From positions 62,001-98,149 of the forward strand of contig JBEWZL010000233.1 of NCBI GenBank assembly GCA_045837725.1: a stretch of 36,149 bases of DNA, read 5' to 3'. This document shows, one piece after another, positions 10,362 to 22,275 of this stretch (position 1 is its first letter; the number at the start of each line of letters is the position of its first letter). This stretch comes from Vermamoeba vermiformis (Eukaryota). Made by a program: the position numbers and the translations under genes. The notes under the pieces were generated by a model. The model was not told the origin of the DNA. It did not search any database and saw only the letters and a list, made by a program, of their open reading frames with translations.

Positions 10362-12318
10362 CTAACAAGCGTTTTTTAGCTTGGGATGACAAAGTACATT
10401 ATTCTGTTTCGGAACAAGCAGTAATATGGAGTCTAACGCACTGGTCGGTGTAAGGGGTTGGGTAGATAACACTATCGAATTGCCTGTCCAAGCTGCATAT
10501 GGTTTCAAATTGTTAAGTCTTCCAGCGATAATTATCTTTGGATCGCTTTTCAGAACTTTGATGGCTTTTGGATCGCTGGAGTTTAGATACAGATCAATAC
10601 ACTTATTTTCTGTCATATTTGTGTCATTAATCATGTAATACGAGGCAAACATCGTATTGATTGCTCCTTCACTCAGTCGTAGAGAAAGGCCAACAACATT
10701 GGAGTAGTATTTGCGCCAGTCGTCGGAAAGTGGAAATGTTTTGAGAATGTTATCGAACGAATTGCAAAACATCCAGTCTCCGGTGAACTTTTGTCTTACG
10801 TCGGTAATATCCATATTTTCTATTGAGGTAAATGACGTGTAGTTGCACAGTGTAGGACATTGAAATGACTGGTCACTCGGTGCGTCATTGGCCTCAGGAC
10901 GTGGCTGTGGACTCGTGTCCATACTTGTCGCTATGCTTATTATGCCGAGTAATAAAACTGCTGTCAATCCAATCCAAAAAGCTTTGCGCATTGCAGCAGG
11001 CAACCTTAGCTTCATGAATTCAAAGGTCTTAGGCCGGCTCGTGTGCTCGTTAATAAATTGATTGATAACAAGCAATTCTTTTTGTATTTGAGCCTGATTG
11101 TCGTTAACATTGTCCATTTCCGAATGAAGTCGCTGAGCATCGTCATAATTCTTCTTAACAGCCTCGCTTATGAACGGTATCAGAGCTGTATAATCAATGT
11201 GTAACACGCCTGTGGTATGGTATTATTGTTATAAGTCAATCTTAACGAATTTCAGTCCTGAACGCACCATCAATCTCGGTCACGGCTTCGGGTATTCGCT
11301 TCTGCACTTCTTGCGCGATATAGCCGATGTACTTTTTTGATCTTAATTGAGGATACTTTTCAGGGTCCATTTCATAGCTGACACCATCAATAAAGTACAA
11401 AATATCTCGCGGATCCTTATCTCCTGGTCACAAAATATTAGATCCTGTAACATATCATTTTTCACGGCATAAAGTAATTATATTTCATATTTCATAAAAT
11501 ATGACGCCAAAATTTACCTTCCGCTATTTTTTCTATGTTGATTTTAACGCGGCGATCGGATGTTCTGTAAAAATTCAACGCTCTAAAATTGCCTAAAACT
11601 TCGGCATTTTGCTGGGCTATGATTTGGTATTGTGGCTCGTAAAATTCGCTCCTTACATTCATTTCACTGTCAGGACTGCCATCGTTGCTTGACAAACAAT
11701 TGATCCGCTCGTCAAAAGAGTGCTCGGCAGCGTAATTACGCTGGCCTATTGAGGGCTCATCATCAACATAAGTATTATTGTTGTAATTAACCGTCGCAGA
11801 TTTGCTAATTAACCATAAATAAGGGTCTAAAAATACAAACGTTAATTACGACAACCAAACTTTAATCAATAATTACCTTTCTCTGCTTGTTTATTATTTT
11901 TTGCTACTATGAAGAACGGTTCTGTAGTGGCTATTTCGACGAGTTGGTTGTTTTGATTTTCGTACAGGACGATCTGTCCGGGTATTCTTGATAACTTTTT
12001 GAAATTGAATTTTCCTTCTTGTATTGACAATCTGAATCTATGAACTCCTTCTTCTACGGAATGTACGGTGTGCTTAGACCAACGAAAGGTATTTTGAATC
12101 AAAGATAAAGACTGATAATGACATACATCCTCAGCGTCAACAAATCCAACGGCATCATAAGTTGATAATACTAAATTCAAAATGAATTCGCGCCTATGAC
12201 CTCTAGAAGATAAAATAAAACCAAATGGCTCTTGAATAGCTTGACACTCGAAAGCTTCCGTTGAATTTTCTGTATCTTGAATATAAATATGAAATTCTTT
12301 CCTAACCGCAATGTTCAT
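10362..12318 (-). CDS. Membrane-tethered peptidase S74 (intramolecular chaperone autoprocessing) protein, MYRF/MrfA-like architecture, 4 exons
   Basis: Spliced translation: beta-rich N-domain, linker, RTSDRRVKINI, IDGVSYE, IGYIAQEVQKRIPEAVTEIDGVLHIDYTALIPFISEAVK, coiled coil, TM AFWIGLTAVLLLGIISIA, Cys-containing C-terminal domain. Introns near 11876-11827, 11517-11424 and 11267-11210 keep the frame. Confidence 0.85.
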
Positions 12319-12485
12319 GGTGAAGTGATAATGTAATAAATTGATTTAACGCTCTATTTTTGGTTAAACAATGACTTTTGACACCGTTTGACATCCCTCA
12401 GAGATCATCTACTGAAATACAGCTAAATGAGCTCGTTCATTTGTGTGCGTGAATAAAGTATCGTATTTGACTATCATACAGGGCT

Positions 12486-15400
12486 TTATTTGTCGGGCAC
12501 AAAGCTGTCACCGCGCAGAGTCGTGAACAGCTGTGTACTGCGCAGTGACGGCACATCAAGGCTGCTCTGACTCGTGTTCGGTGTGGGTGCCAGGGTCGCT
12601 AGCTGCCAGACACAAATTGCGCGATCTAACTCGCGCCCACCCGTCCACATCTCGTTCTCATTGGTCTGTATAATCGTGCGCACACCGTCTTTGTGGCGGT
12701 CCTTCAGCTCTTGAATGAACTCCAACTTCTTCGCGTCCCAGATGACAATTTCTTTGGTCCACATGCCACTGCTCGAAGTTAGTGTCTGCACTCGTTTGTG
12801 ACACCTGTCATTCGGTGACACCTGTCATTCACGTACCTCCACACTTGGCTGCGACTAGGCACAGAGGTGAGACTCAAACACTTGCCGGGGCAGTCTATCT
12901 TCTTCACCAACTTGCGCGTCTAAAAGTGCTGAATTAGAATCGCTGTCAGATCACTCGCGACCAGTACCTCTGCATCGTGAATCAGAATGTAATCATTGCT
13001 CGCGGACCAGATCTTGTTGTCTTCAGCAATCACTGCGTTGATGAGACTACGGATGCGTGAATATCGAAGTCAATTAACGGTTGACGGTGCCACTTACCCC
13101 TTGTGTCCCTTGACTGTTTCCACAATGTCGTGTGTCTGTCACGATAACATTACTATCGCACTGCACTCATTAGGACTGACATGCGCTACTCACATCCAGA
13201 TTGATCACGAACAGATCACCATCGACCGAGCCTGCCCAAATGAAGTTGATGCACTGGCACATGGCACTCACCCCCTGCGGCACTCTGATGCGGCCCTTCT
13301 CTTTGTAGCTCTGTCCCTAGTGTCAGCACTGCACTGCGCTGCTACCACGAGCTTACCTGTGTGTCCCAGATGATGATCAGACCCTCCACACAGCTGGCAG
13401 TCCACACGTCGTGACGAGGACCGCTGCCACTGTCCTCTTCGTCGAACAGAGCACTGCTAATGACACGTGTCAAACACCGATTCACACCGCACAGCTAACA
13501 CTTACTCGGGCTGCGGACCATTGATGCGTCCTCGCTCTTTGCGCATCTTGACGACAGTCATCTTGGACTTGGAGCGCGGCGAGGACAATTTCATCAGCTT
13601 GAGCATGTCGAGCTCTTCGTCGCTCTGCAGGGGCTTGTTGTTGACGAGGATCATCGCTTTGATGACCTCTTTCTCGGCATTCAGTGTCTGCACCACGGCC
13701 ACTTTCTGCTTGTCGATCACGTGCACGGTGTGCAGACCACTCGAGCACCAGACTGTGCCCTCCACTTCGAGCAGCACGTACACTCTGTCGCGCACAATGG
13801 GTACCTCTTTCAAGCACGTGTATTTCTGTGCAGTGCGCGGTGAGTGCGTGCAGTGAGATCGTTGTGCAGCGTTACCTTGGAGTCCCACAGCTGCACGGCA
13901 CCGTTGCCGAGTCCAGTCCACACCAGTCCCTCGCGGTCACGCAGCAGCACTTGCACCGAGTCGCTGGGCCCTTGCAGTGGTCCTCCGCCGTCTTGACCGC
14001 GCATCACTCGCTGGAAATCTGCCACGCGACGACTGACCTTGCCGACTAGTGACACGTGTCAGCAGTAGTTCTTGTGGAGCTATCACTTACATTGCGAGGG
14101 CAGTGTGGCATTCACGGTGAGCACTGCTTGCGCGACACTGGCCGCGAACTTCTTGGCCTCGTCGGTGGACTTGAGCTTGAACTGCCACCGCTTCTTGTCG
14201 GGTCCGATCAGCGTCACTAAGAGCTGGTCCTCTGCAACGATGGTCAGTCACGCGATCTGGTTTCAGTGAATATGTAATTCCGCACCGTTGAGCTCGACTT
14301 GACTGTTGGCGAGTGGCACGGTGTGTTTGATGTTGTACTTGTCGAACAGCACGTCCTTGCTGGTGAGCAGCAGCATGTCACTGAACAGCACGTGATGATA
14401 TTCTAAAAATACATCGCGACCTTTCTCTTTTTGGATCAAAAATAGGCCGCCACGTGACACGAGCGACCGTTGCGGCACAATCAGGTCCTAAAAATAGAAC
14501 ATTAACTCCCACACCTGATGAAGCACGGTACGCACTTTGATGGGTGGATCGAGCTGTTTGGCCACGTGCAACATGTCACGCGAGCTGTCAAACTCCTTCT
14601 TGCGCGAGTTGATCAGATCCGCAATCTCTTTGATGCGCGTGAGTGCTTGGCTGATCAGCGGGTAGTCTTTGTGCTCGGGCTGCGTGTGCTTCTGCAGCGT
14701 TTGCAGCAACAGCACGTAGCGCGGAATACTATATTTGGAAAGCGTTAGAATACGTGCCAGCAGTGTGTTCAGTGAACGGCATACCGCTGAATGGGCTGAA
14801 TTAGCAGCGACTGCAGCTTGTTGTCGTCGAGATCTTGCGCCTGACACGTGTCAAAGTGTTAGTTGTCAAGTGTCAAACACTGCACTGCATCGCTTACCTT
14901 GAGAAATTTCGCAAAGACATCATTATTCCGCACTTTTTCAATCACTTTGAGCGCGTTGTCAAAGTTGTTAACGTACTGGATATATACCTTGAGGAATTCG
15001 GTCTGAAAATGTGACACGTGTCATTCACTGACTTGCACTGAGACTACTGATTGACACGTACCATGTTAATAAATATCTGACCGATGCATTGATCGATATT
15101 CCATTTCCTAATTTGGGTTTGCAGCTGTGCGAGCAGTGACTCGTTGACACCAACAATAACTGCAAAGATTAATGATCAGAGCCATGTCTAAATATAGTAA
15201 CTTGCCTTTGATCTGCGAGAAGATCTTTTTGACATCTTCGGGATTCAGTGAACGGCTCTGCATCGCTTCAGCCAAGAGTGGATCGTACAACTTCTGCAGA
15301 CACAGTGCTGTTAATACAGGCCCCACAATATATATAGGGTGCATATATAGATATAAGTGTACCTCAGACATGTATTTGAGGTTGGTCACGTAGTACTCTT

Positions 15401-15756
15401 CAGTGCTCACAATCTCCTTGGCGACGTGCGTGCGTGTCTTAAGATCTTTGTACTTGCGGCGCGCATTGAAGGTCAGTACCATAGCCTGCGCCAATATCAC
15501 TGTTTTGCGTCGATGCATGAACACCTTGCACGCGTGTGAGATGATCTCGCCTGCATTCTAGAAACAGAAGCGAAATTGAATATTGGGTTAAATAATTAAT
15601 ATTAACGATTATTCGCAGTTATCAGCACTGCATATTAGCTAAATAATATATTTTCATAATTAAATGCGCCATAAGAGAATATCCTACCTGCAACTTAACC
15701 ATCTCACTCTGCAGCAGATGTGCAGTCTTCTTGCCCGTAATCTTTGCTCGACTCAT
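12486..15756 (-). CDS. RhoGEF (IQ-like helix, DH, PH) with C-terminal WD40-like beta-propeller
   Basis: RTHVAKEIVSTEEYYVTNL, IPRYVLLLQTLQKHTQPEHKDY, IADLIN (DH); HVLFSDMLLLT (PH); VWTGLGNGAVQLWD, IVIWDAK, MWTGG..AICVWQ (propeller). Many short introns; start Met tentative. Confidence 0.88.
12798..12830. repeat. Tandem 16-bp duplication GTGACACCTGTCATTC in the last RhoGEF intron
   Basis: Identical copies at 12798-12813 and 12815-12830. Confidence 0.9.
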
Positions 15757-16264
15757 CGAGTAATAAATAAATATTAAGGAACTGTACACTATGATACAAA
15801 TATCTGCTATATTACAACTGAAAATGCTGTGCTGATTTTCACGCAAAAAATGCAACTGAAACGACGGCCACAAAATCTTTGCGCCACTCACGAGCACCGC
15901 ACAACTAAGACAAGTACACATAACACCACTAGCACCGACAAAATATATTGCGCTCGATATTTCAGACTGACACGATAGACCTTGTAGGCCGTATTAGCTG
16001 ACCAAATATTGCATCCGGCTCCAACGATTAAAAACAAATAATTAATTTTCTAATATTTCAATAATTATATAACCACCGTAAATATAAGAGAAACATTCAA
16101 TGGAATAAGATTGGCCCTGAATGAGCCCTGAATTAAAATTGCCCTGATGAGCTTCCAGGGCCCTCGCAGGGTCTTGTTTGTTTTGCTTCTCGTCCGCAGC
16201 CTCAGTTATTCGTATTTTCTGTATTTATAAACCACCACGTCTCATTATTAGTCGCTGAGTAATA

Positions 16265-18205
16265 ATGGAGAAAGACGAAGCGGCTACAACTCAAATCCCC
16301 ATTCCCGCCGAGGAGCAGACAGAACCGAATTCACCGAAGGGAGACGATACTAGCTCGTCTAAATTTAATGAGAACTGGTATTTAACTGCTTTCTGAGCCT
16401 ACATCCGCTAACTAGGTCTTTCATTGCAGGAGGAAGGATCCAAACGCGCGCAAACTGATTGTTATGATATGTCTTACCTATCTCTTCCTTGTCGTAGAGC
16501 TTGCCGTGGGGATTATTACTGGTAAGCAGTATTTGGTGCACTGAATTTCTGAGAGTTTCATCTGGATTCAGAATTTGGAAATTGAATTCAATTTCAAAGT
16601 CCTCCTCGTATTTCACCATTATTGACTTATCCTAACAATACTGTCAATTTTAGGCTCTTTGGCACTTGTCAGTGATGCGTTTCACATGCTGTCAGATGGT
16701 ATCGCGCTGATCATCGCACTTCTTTCATTAATCGTAAGTCTAACGCAACTTCCATATCTCTTTTCAATAATACTCGGCATATGAATTCATTGCCCTATTT
16801 TCTTGCAGTACACGAAGCGCAAACAAAGTGGCAAGTTCTCATATGGCTGGGGTCGATCTGAAATTATTGGAGGACTAATCAACGGCATCTTTCTCATCTC
16901 GACATGTCTCTACATTACTATAGAGGCCATACAACGCTTCATCGAGATTACAGTCGTCCATGATCCGCTGCTCGTCGTGTGGGTTGGCCTTGGAGGTCTG
17001 GGCGTGAATCTGATCGGCATGTTCATGTTCATCGGTGACTCGGGCATGCATCACCACCACCACGGGCACAGTCACGGACACGGACACGGACATGGACACG
17101 GACATAAGCACAAACACAAACACAAGCACCACAAGGAGGACTCCGTCACTGCCCTGGAAGAGGGTACTTCCAAATCAGGCAGTGGCACCAGCAGTCCAGA
17201 CCACGAGCACTCAGACCATTCAGACCACTCCGATCACTCCGATCACTCCGATCACGAGCACAACGCCAAGAAGCAGAAGAAAAAAGCCTCGAAGAACATC
17301 CGCGCCGTGTTCCTGCACTTGCTGGGCGATGCACTGGGCTCAATAGGCGCCATTCTCTCTGGCCTCGCCATCTACTTCTTCACCTTTCAAGAGCGCTACT
17401 ACTTCGACCCTGCAGTCTCTATTCTCATCGTCGCGCTGATCCTTCGCAGCAGCATTCCACTGGGTAAGTGACACGTGTCAAACTGTGACCTGTACGCTAA
17501 TCACATGATCGTTGCAGTGCGCAGTTGCATCACCATTCTGATGCAGACTGTGCCGCGCACATTGCAACTCGATGAACTGCGCGCTGAACTCGCTGGGGTA
17601 CGTGATTGCCATATTAGGCAATAGACTGCGACTGACCGTGTTTGCAGGTGTCAGGTGTGGTGAAGGTCCACGAACTGCACGTGTGGTCGCTGATCGACGA
17701 CAAGCTGATCAGCAGTGTGCACGTGTTGTGTCTCAAAGAGGCCAATTTCATGAAAATAGCCGCAGCGATGAAGGACGTGTTTCACCGCTACAACATTCAC
17801 AGCTCCACCATTCAGCCCGAGTACGTCAGCAAGAAGAAACTCGCCGAGGTAATTGCCGTCCTCCTGATATACCCTCGTAGACTGACACCCTATGCTCAGA
17901 ACAAAGTGCTCGAGTGTCGCTTTGGCTGCAATGCGGAGTGCGCGCCAGAGAACGCGTGTTGTCCGAAAGAAGTCGAGATACTCACTGACGAGGGTAAGCA
18001 CTGCAACCACTGCCATGGGCTGTGTACTCACTCGCCTTGTCGTACAGATGTCACGTCTATCCTCTTGAGATCTGGTACTAAGAAGGATGGCCTCAAACGA
18101 CGCAAGAAACATGGCAGATCTCGATCCAAATCCGTTAAAAATGAAGAGACTGAGATGGTCAGTTCGATACCCAAGTCTCCGAAAGTGGAGCGATATGACA
18201 GTTAG
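16265..18205 (+). CDS. Cation diffusion facilitator zinc transporter (ZnT1/SLC30, Zrc1/Cot1-like)
   Basis: SLALVSDAFHMLSD, FSYGWGRSEIIGGLING, His-rich loop, NIRAVFLHLLGDALGS, VHELHVWSL, IHSSTIQPE, Cys-rich tail; HD/HD zinc-site motifs intact. Confidence 0.95.
17049..17262 (+). repeat. Coding microsatellites encoding the His-rich loop: (CACGGA)n, (CACAAA)n, (CACTCCGAT)n
   Basis: Tandem units directly visible, translating to HHHHHGHSHGHGHGHGHGHKHKHKHKHH and (HSD)5. Confidence 0.9.
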
Positions 18206-18430
18206 TAGATATTGTACTCTGGTTGCATGTAAATAGGTCCGTTTCTAAAAATAGTAATGTCGAATTTGTTGAATCAAAAAAGATTCGTACACACCATCAA
18301 GTGCGATTTGATTCACGCGCAGCGCAACACGACCGCGATTAATAGCTCGTTATTGAATATAGCAACAATATTCGGCTATTGTGGTATCGAGCTCTTATTC
18401 AATACAACGGTCAAAGTGCACATCTGACAA

Positions 18431-20327
18431 ATGGACCCGACAACGAGGGTAAGAAATAATTAAGATAAAGTGCCTTAAGATCACAATATCACGTATAATA
18501 TTTTTACTTGTTGTACCTGAATGCTTTACGCTTTTACGCTCCCATCTGATAATTATTTTGTTTAGCTCGAGGGTTTCCTTTTGAAGCGAGGAAAAGGTAA
18601 ATATGGCCACACTATAATACCAATACGCAGGATTTAACGCTAGAATGCAGTTGCTCGCGGTTGGAAGAAGAGATGGTTTCAATTGGGAGACCGAGACTTC
18701 TCACGGCTGTATTATTCTGAAGAGAAAAACTCCGAAAAATTAGGTTATATTGGTAAGTAGTTGTATTCTTGCGAATCAGACCACAATTTGTACTGCAAGC
18801 TCGGATTAGCTCCGCAGAGACTTTGCCGCTCCAGTGGTTACATTCCCTAACTGACGCATTCTACGACTAGACCTAAAGGTGTCTGAAGTGCGCGCGAGCA
18901 AGGCAGACAGTTTTGTGATTGAAATTAGCAATGCAGATCGCACCTTTCAGCTCCAAGCCGCGAATGAAGTGCAGTTCCAGTCGTGGTACGAGTTCTTGCG
19001 TCGATGCACGCGCGAGGCCTCGAGCAACACTGAGCCACTGCACCAAGAGATCAAGCGTCTGCTGCGCGTGATACACGAGCTGAGTGAAGAGCGGCGTCTG
19101 GCCCTCGAACTGACCAATCGCCTGAACGAAGAGCTGGCCGGTGTGACGGGCCGATTGAACGAGCAGTTGAGCGCGGCCAACAGACGCATCGCTGCACTCG
19201 AGAGCGAGAACGCACAGCTGCGCCGCGCACAGGGCTTGGAGGTCAGTGCGGCGGTGTCAGTGCCACTCAGTTCAGTGAACGAGACACCAGAGACCAATCA
19301 CAGCACCACGCACAGTCCCGCGCGACCAGTGCGACCAGTGCAAGCCGTGAATACCAACAACGCGTTCCGTGCCTCGATGCGCAAGACACTGCGCCGCACA
19401 CTGGAGCTGAAGCGCGATGAGATGCGCATGGCGAGCAAACAACGTCTGCTGGACATTGAAAGCGAAGTGGAGCTGTTGTTGGAAGAGCTGAATCTGCTGC
19501 ACGACATTGACGGGGACGATGCGGAGTTGAGTGACAGCGAGGACACGATGGACGTGCCTAGCGGTACTGACAGCGCGACTACCACTGACAGCCTGACCAA
19601 CAACACCACTGCCAGTGACGAGCAGAGTGACGAGCGCAAGTTGAAGAAGTCCTCGTCTGAAATGAACTTGAAAGAGCTCAAACACCGCGTGCAGTCCAGT
19701 TCACATCAGACTGCTGCAATCGTGGACATTTTGCACGAACGAGCTGCGACTGTCGTGCAACAAGCACAGGCTGAGGCGAGTGACCCCAAGCAACAGACAC
19801 GTGACAATACGAATGCACCTGACAGCACTCAGTGTGACAGCACTGAGAGCGGCACTAGCGCGAGTGTCAACAACACCAATGTAGACAGCACTACATCGGA
19901 GAGTACTGCACAGCACATTGAACGGCCCAAGTCACTCGATCACGTGACCACTCACTCGAGTGACAGCGAGGACCACTCGTCCACACAGCGCGACAGTACC
20001 CCTGCCAGTGAACAGCACACGGGCCACAAGTCCCTCGCTGAGCCCTACAGACAGCGTATTGACAGTCAAGCCCCCGGCAAGGAGTACGTTGCAGCACGTG
20101 TCAAATCAGCGCGCACACAGTGGCTGACACGTGACAGCATGACCAACGGCCAGCCTGGCGAGCTCAAACCCAAAGTGCCCTTGAAGCGCATTGACACAGC
20201 GCCCAGCGGTCACTCGTTTGTGCGCGGTGTGCCACGTGCCAACACGAAGACCCCAGCCCTTGCCCTGAACAGTCCGCGCGGTGTCAATCAACCAGTGGTC
20301 ACACCGAGCATGTTGGAGGACAAGTGA
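18431..20327 (+). CDS. PH-domain protein with coiled coil and long S/T-rich disordered tail
   Basis: Small exons MDPTTR|LEGFLLKRGK|VARGWKKRWFQL..LYYSE..KLGYI|DL..RTFQLQAANEVQFQSWYEFL give a canonical PH domain; heptad-rich region follows. Confidence 0.85.
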
Positions 20328-20583
20328 GCGGATCTGCGTGTATTCTTTTGTAGTATATTGTACTATTAGCCACCATTTTGAAAGTAAAATCAACTAAGCG
20401 AAATGAGTACGAGGTGCTTCATAATTAATGTTATTAGTGCCCAGTCTGGCCACTCGTGTTGATTCACAGAATTTCGTTCCGTTTCGCGCACAGAATTCCA
20501 AACTCCTGCACCAACAGCGAACAACAACTCTGAACAGCAGTACAAGACATCATTTGCGTAGTGTAATGCGATAGTAGTATTCA

Positions 20584-22123
20584 ATGGGTAAGACAACACA
20601 TTGCACAAACGGCACGCCGAGTTAATTTCCTTAAAAAATATCAAGCGACCGAAGCTAAATTAACTCCTTTGCAACACTTCTTGTGTGGGTCGATGGCACG
20701 CATGGCAGGTAAATAAAATATATTCCGATTTATTTAGAATTATTTGCAATTAATTTTCCACCCGAAATTGAGTTCACCCTCGTTAAATGATAATGGCTAT
20801 AATACAGCTATTTATTCGACACTATAATTAACCTCTCCCACTACTAGACGCGGTGATCATGTGTCCAGGTCAGTACTTGTCCCCCTCTCCCCAGTGCACT
20901 AACCGCACCGCTAGCCGACACGATCAAAACACGGCTGCAGTTCCAAGGCACGCTGCAGCACGTGAAGCACTACAACAACTTCTTTCACGCCTTCACCGTC
21001 ATCCTGCGCGAGGAGGGCGTCAGAGGATTCACCCGCGGACTGCCCGCACGACTCACTTACGTCACCCCTGCTGCGGGTAAGTGTTTGACACGTGTCACTC
21101 AGACGCAAGCACGTGATTGACACGCGTTGACAGGCATCAGCTTTCTGTGCTACGAGAAATTAATTTCAGCGCTCAAAAAACCCAAGGTATACCGCGAATT
21201 TACCAAGCCCTGGTGGATGATTGGTGCTGACACTGACCTCTGTTTGACACCTGTCAGGGCGAGCAACGACTGTGGCTGGACAAAGTGCTGCCCTTTGTCG
21301 GCATTGCCAGTGCGCGTGTGATGGGCACGACACTCAGAACTCCGTTTGACATTGTGAAGCAGCGCATGCAGGCACGAGTCACCGATTGACACGTGTCACC
21401 CGCTCAGTACTAATCGCTGACTTGACAGGTGCAAGACTCGATTCAGAACGTTGCCAAATATAGAAGTTCCATGGCTGCCGCGAGTGCCATCGTGAAGCAG
21501 TTCGGGTACCGCACGCTGGGCCAGTCCATCTTTGTGGCACTCTGCCGCGACGCACCATTTGCAGCGGTGGTAAGTGTCACGTGGAGTGTTGGTCGCAGGC
21601 ACTAATTGACACGTGTCACTCGCAGTACTTCTTCACGTACGAGGTCGCGAAGAGGACGCAGAGTGAACTGATTGGTCGCGACAAGATGGGGCTGGCCAAT
21701 CACCTCTTGGCAGGGGCTGCGGCAGGGGCGAGTGGCGCACTGGTCACCGCACCCATGGATGTCGTCAAGACGCGCTTGCAGACTGAAGTGAGTTTGCCGC
21801 GCGATCAGCGACGCTACAAGGTGAGTACCTTTATATAATTGGAGTATAGTACGCAGTGCCCTATTAACGTCGTGCAGGGTCCCATCCACGCACTGCGCAC
21901 GATTGCACGCGACGAGGGCATGCGAGGGCTGTACCGCGGACTGGGGGCACGGCTGTTGTATTTGAGTACGTGCTGTGTGCTGTCTGACACTGCTCGTGTC
22001 ACGTGATTGACTGTTCTATTTTTAGCTCCGTCTGCGGCACTGGTCTGGGGATTTTATGAAAGCTTTAAACGCGGATTTTTGTACATTAATAACCGTAGTG
22101 GTGCAGTAAATACCAAGAGCTAG
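20584..22123 (+). CDS. Mitochondrial carrier (SLC25) protein; substrate uncertain (SAM-carrier/mitoferrin-like)
   Basis: Three signature motifs after splicing: PADTIKTRLQ, PFDIVKQRMQVQ, PMDVVKTRLQ; EEGVRGFTRG and DEGMRGLYRG. The start relies on a 4-nt coding first exon (ATGG). Confidence 0.9.
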
Positions 22124-22275
22124 TCTCACCCTTATCAATTAATTGCTCGTCTGTTGACTTGATCACGTGACTCCTGGGAGATTTCGCGTCGCGTGGTCTT
22201 TTTGTTCAAAGATCCGAACAATTCCACAGCAGTTCAGTAGTTGAAGATTGAACAGAAGATAACCACACATCACAT

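Larger units (their letters stand above)
13461..21618. repeat. Dispersed perfect palindrome TGACACGTGTCA, eight intronic copies
   Basis: Copies start at 13461, 14050, 14842, 15012, 17469, 21086, 21387 and 21607. Confidence 0.9.

Noticed and set aside
11207-11600. Prophage tailspike interpretation of the S74 domain
   Set aside because: The domain is interrupted by spliceosomal introns and followed by a TM helix; no phage genes nearby.
16365-16619. 84-aa minus-strand ORF
   Set aside because: Overlaps exon 2 and introns of the zinc transporter on the opposite strand; no independent support.
17049-17262. His-rich repeats as a novel element
   Set aside because: His-rich cytosolic loops are standard in CDF zinc transporters.
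13461-21618. Palindromes as CRISPR repeats or MITE termini
   Set aside because: Only 12 bp, irregularly spaced, no spacer structure or cas genes, and no evident shared flanks or target-site duplications.
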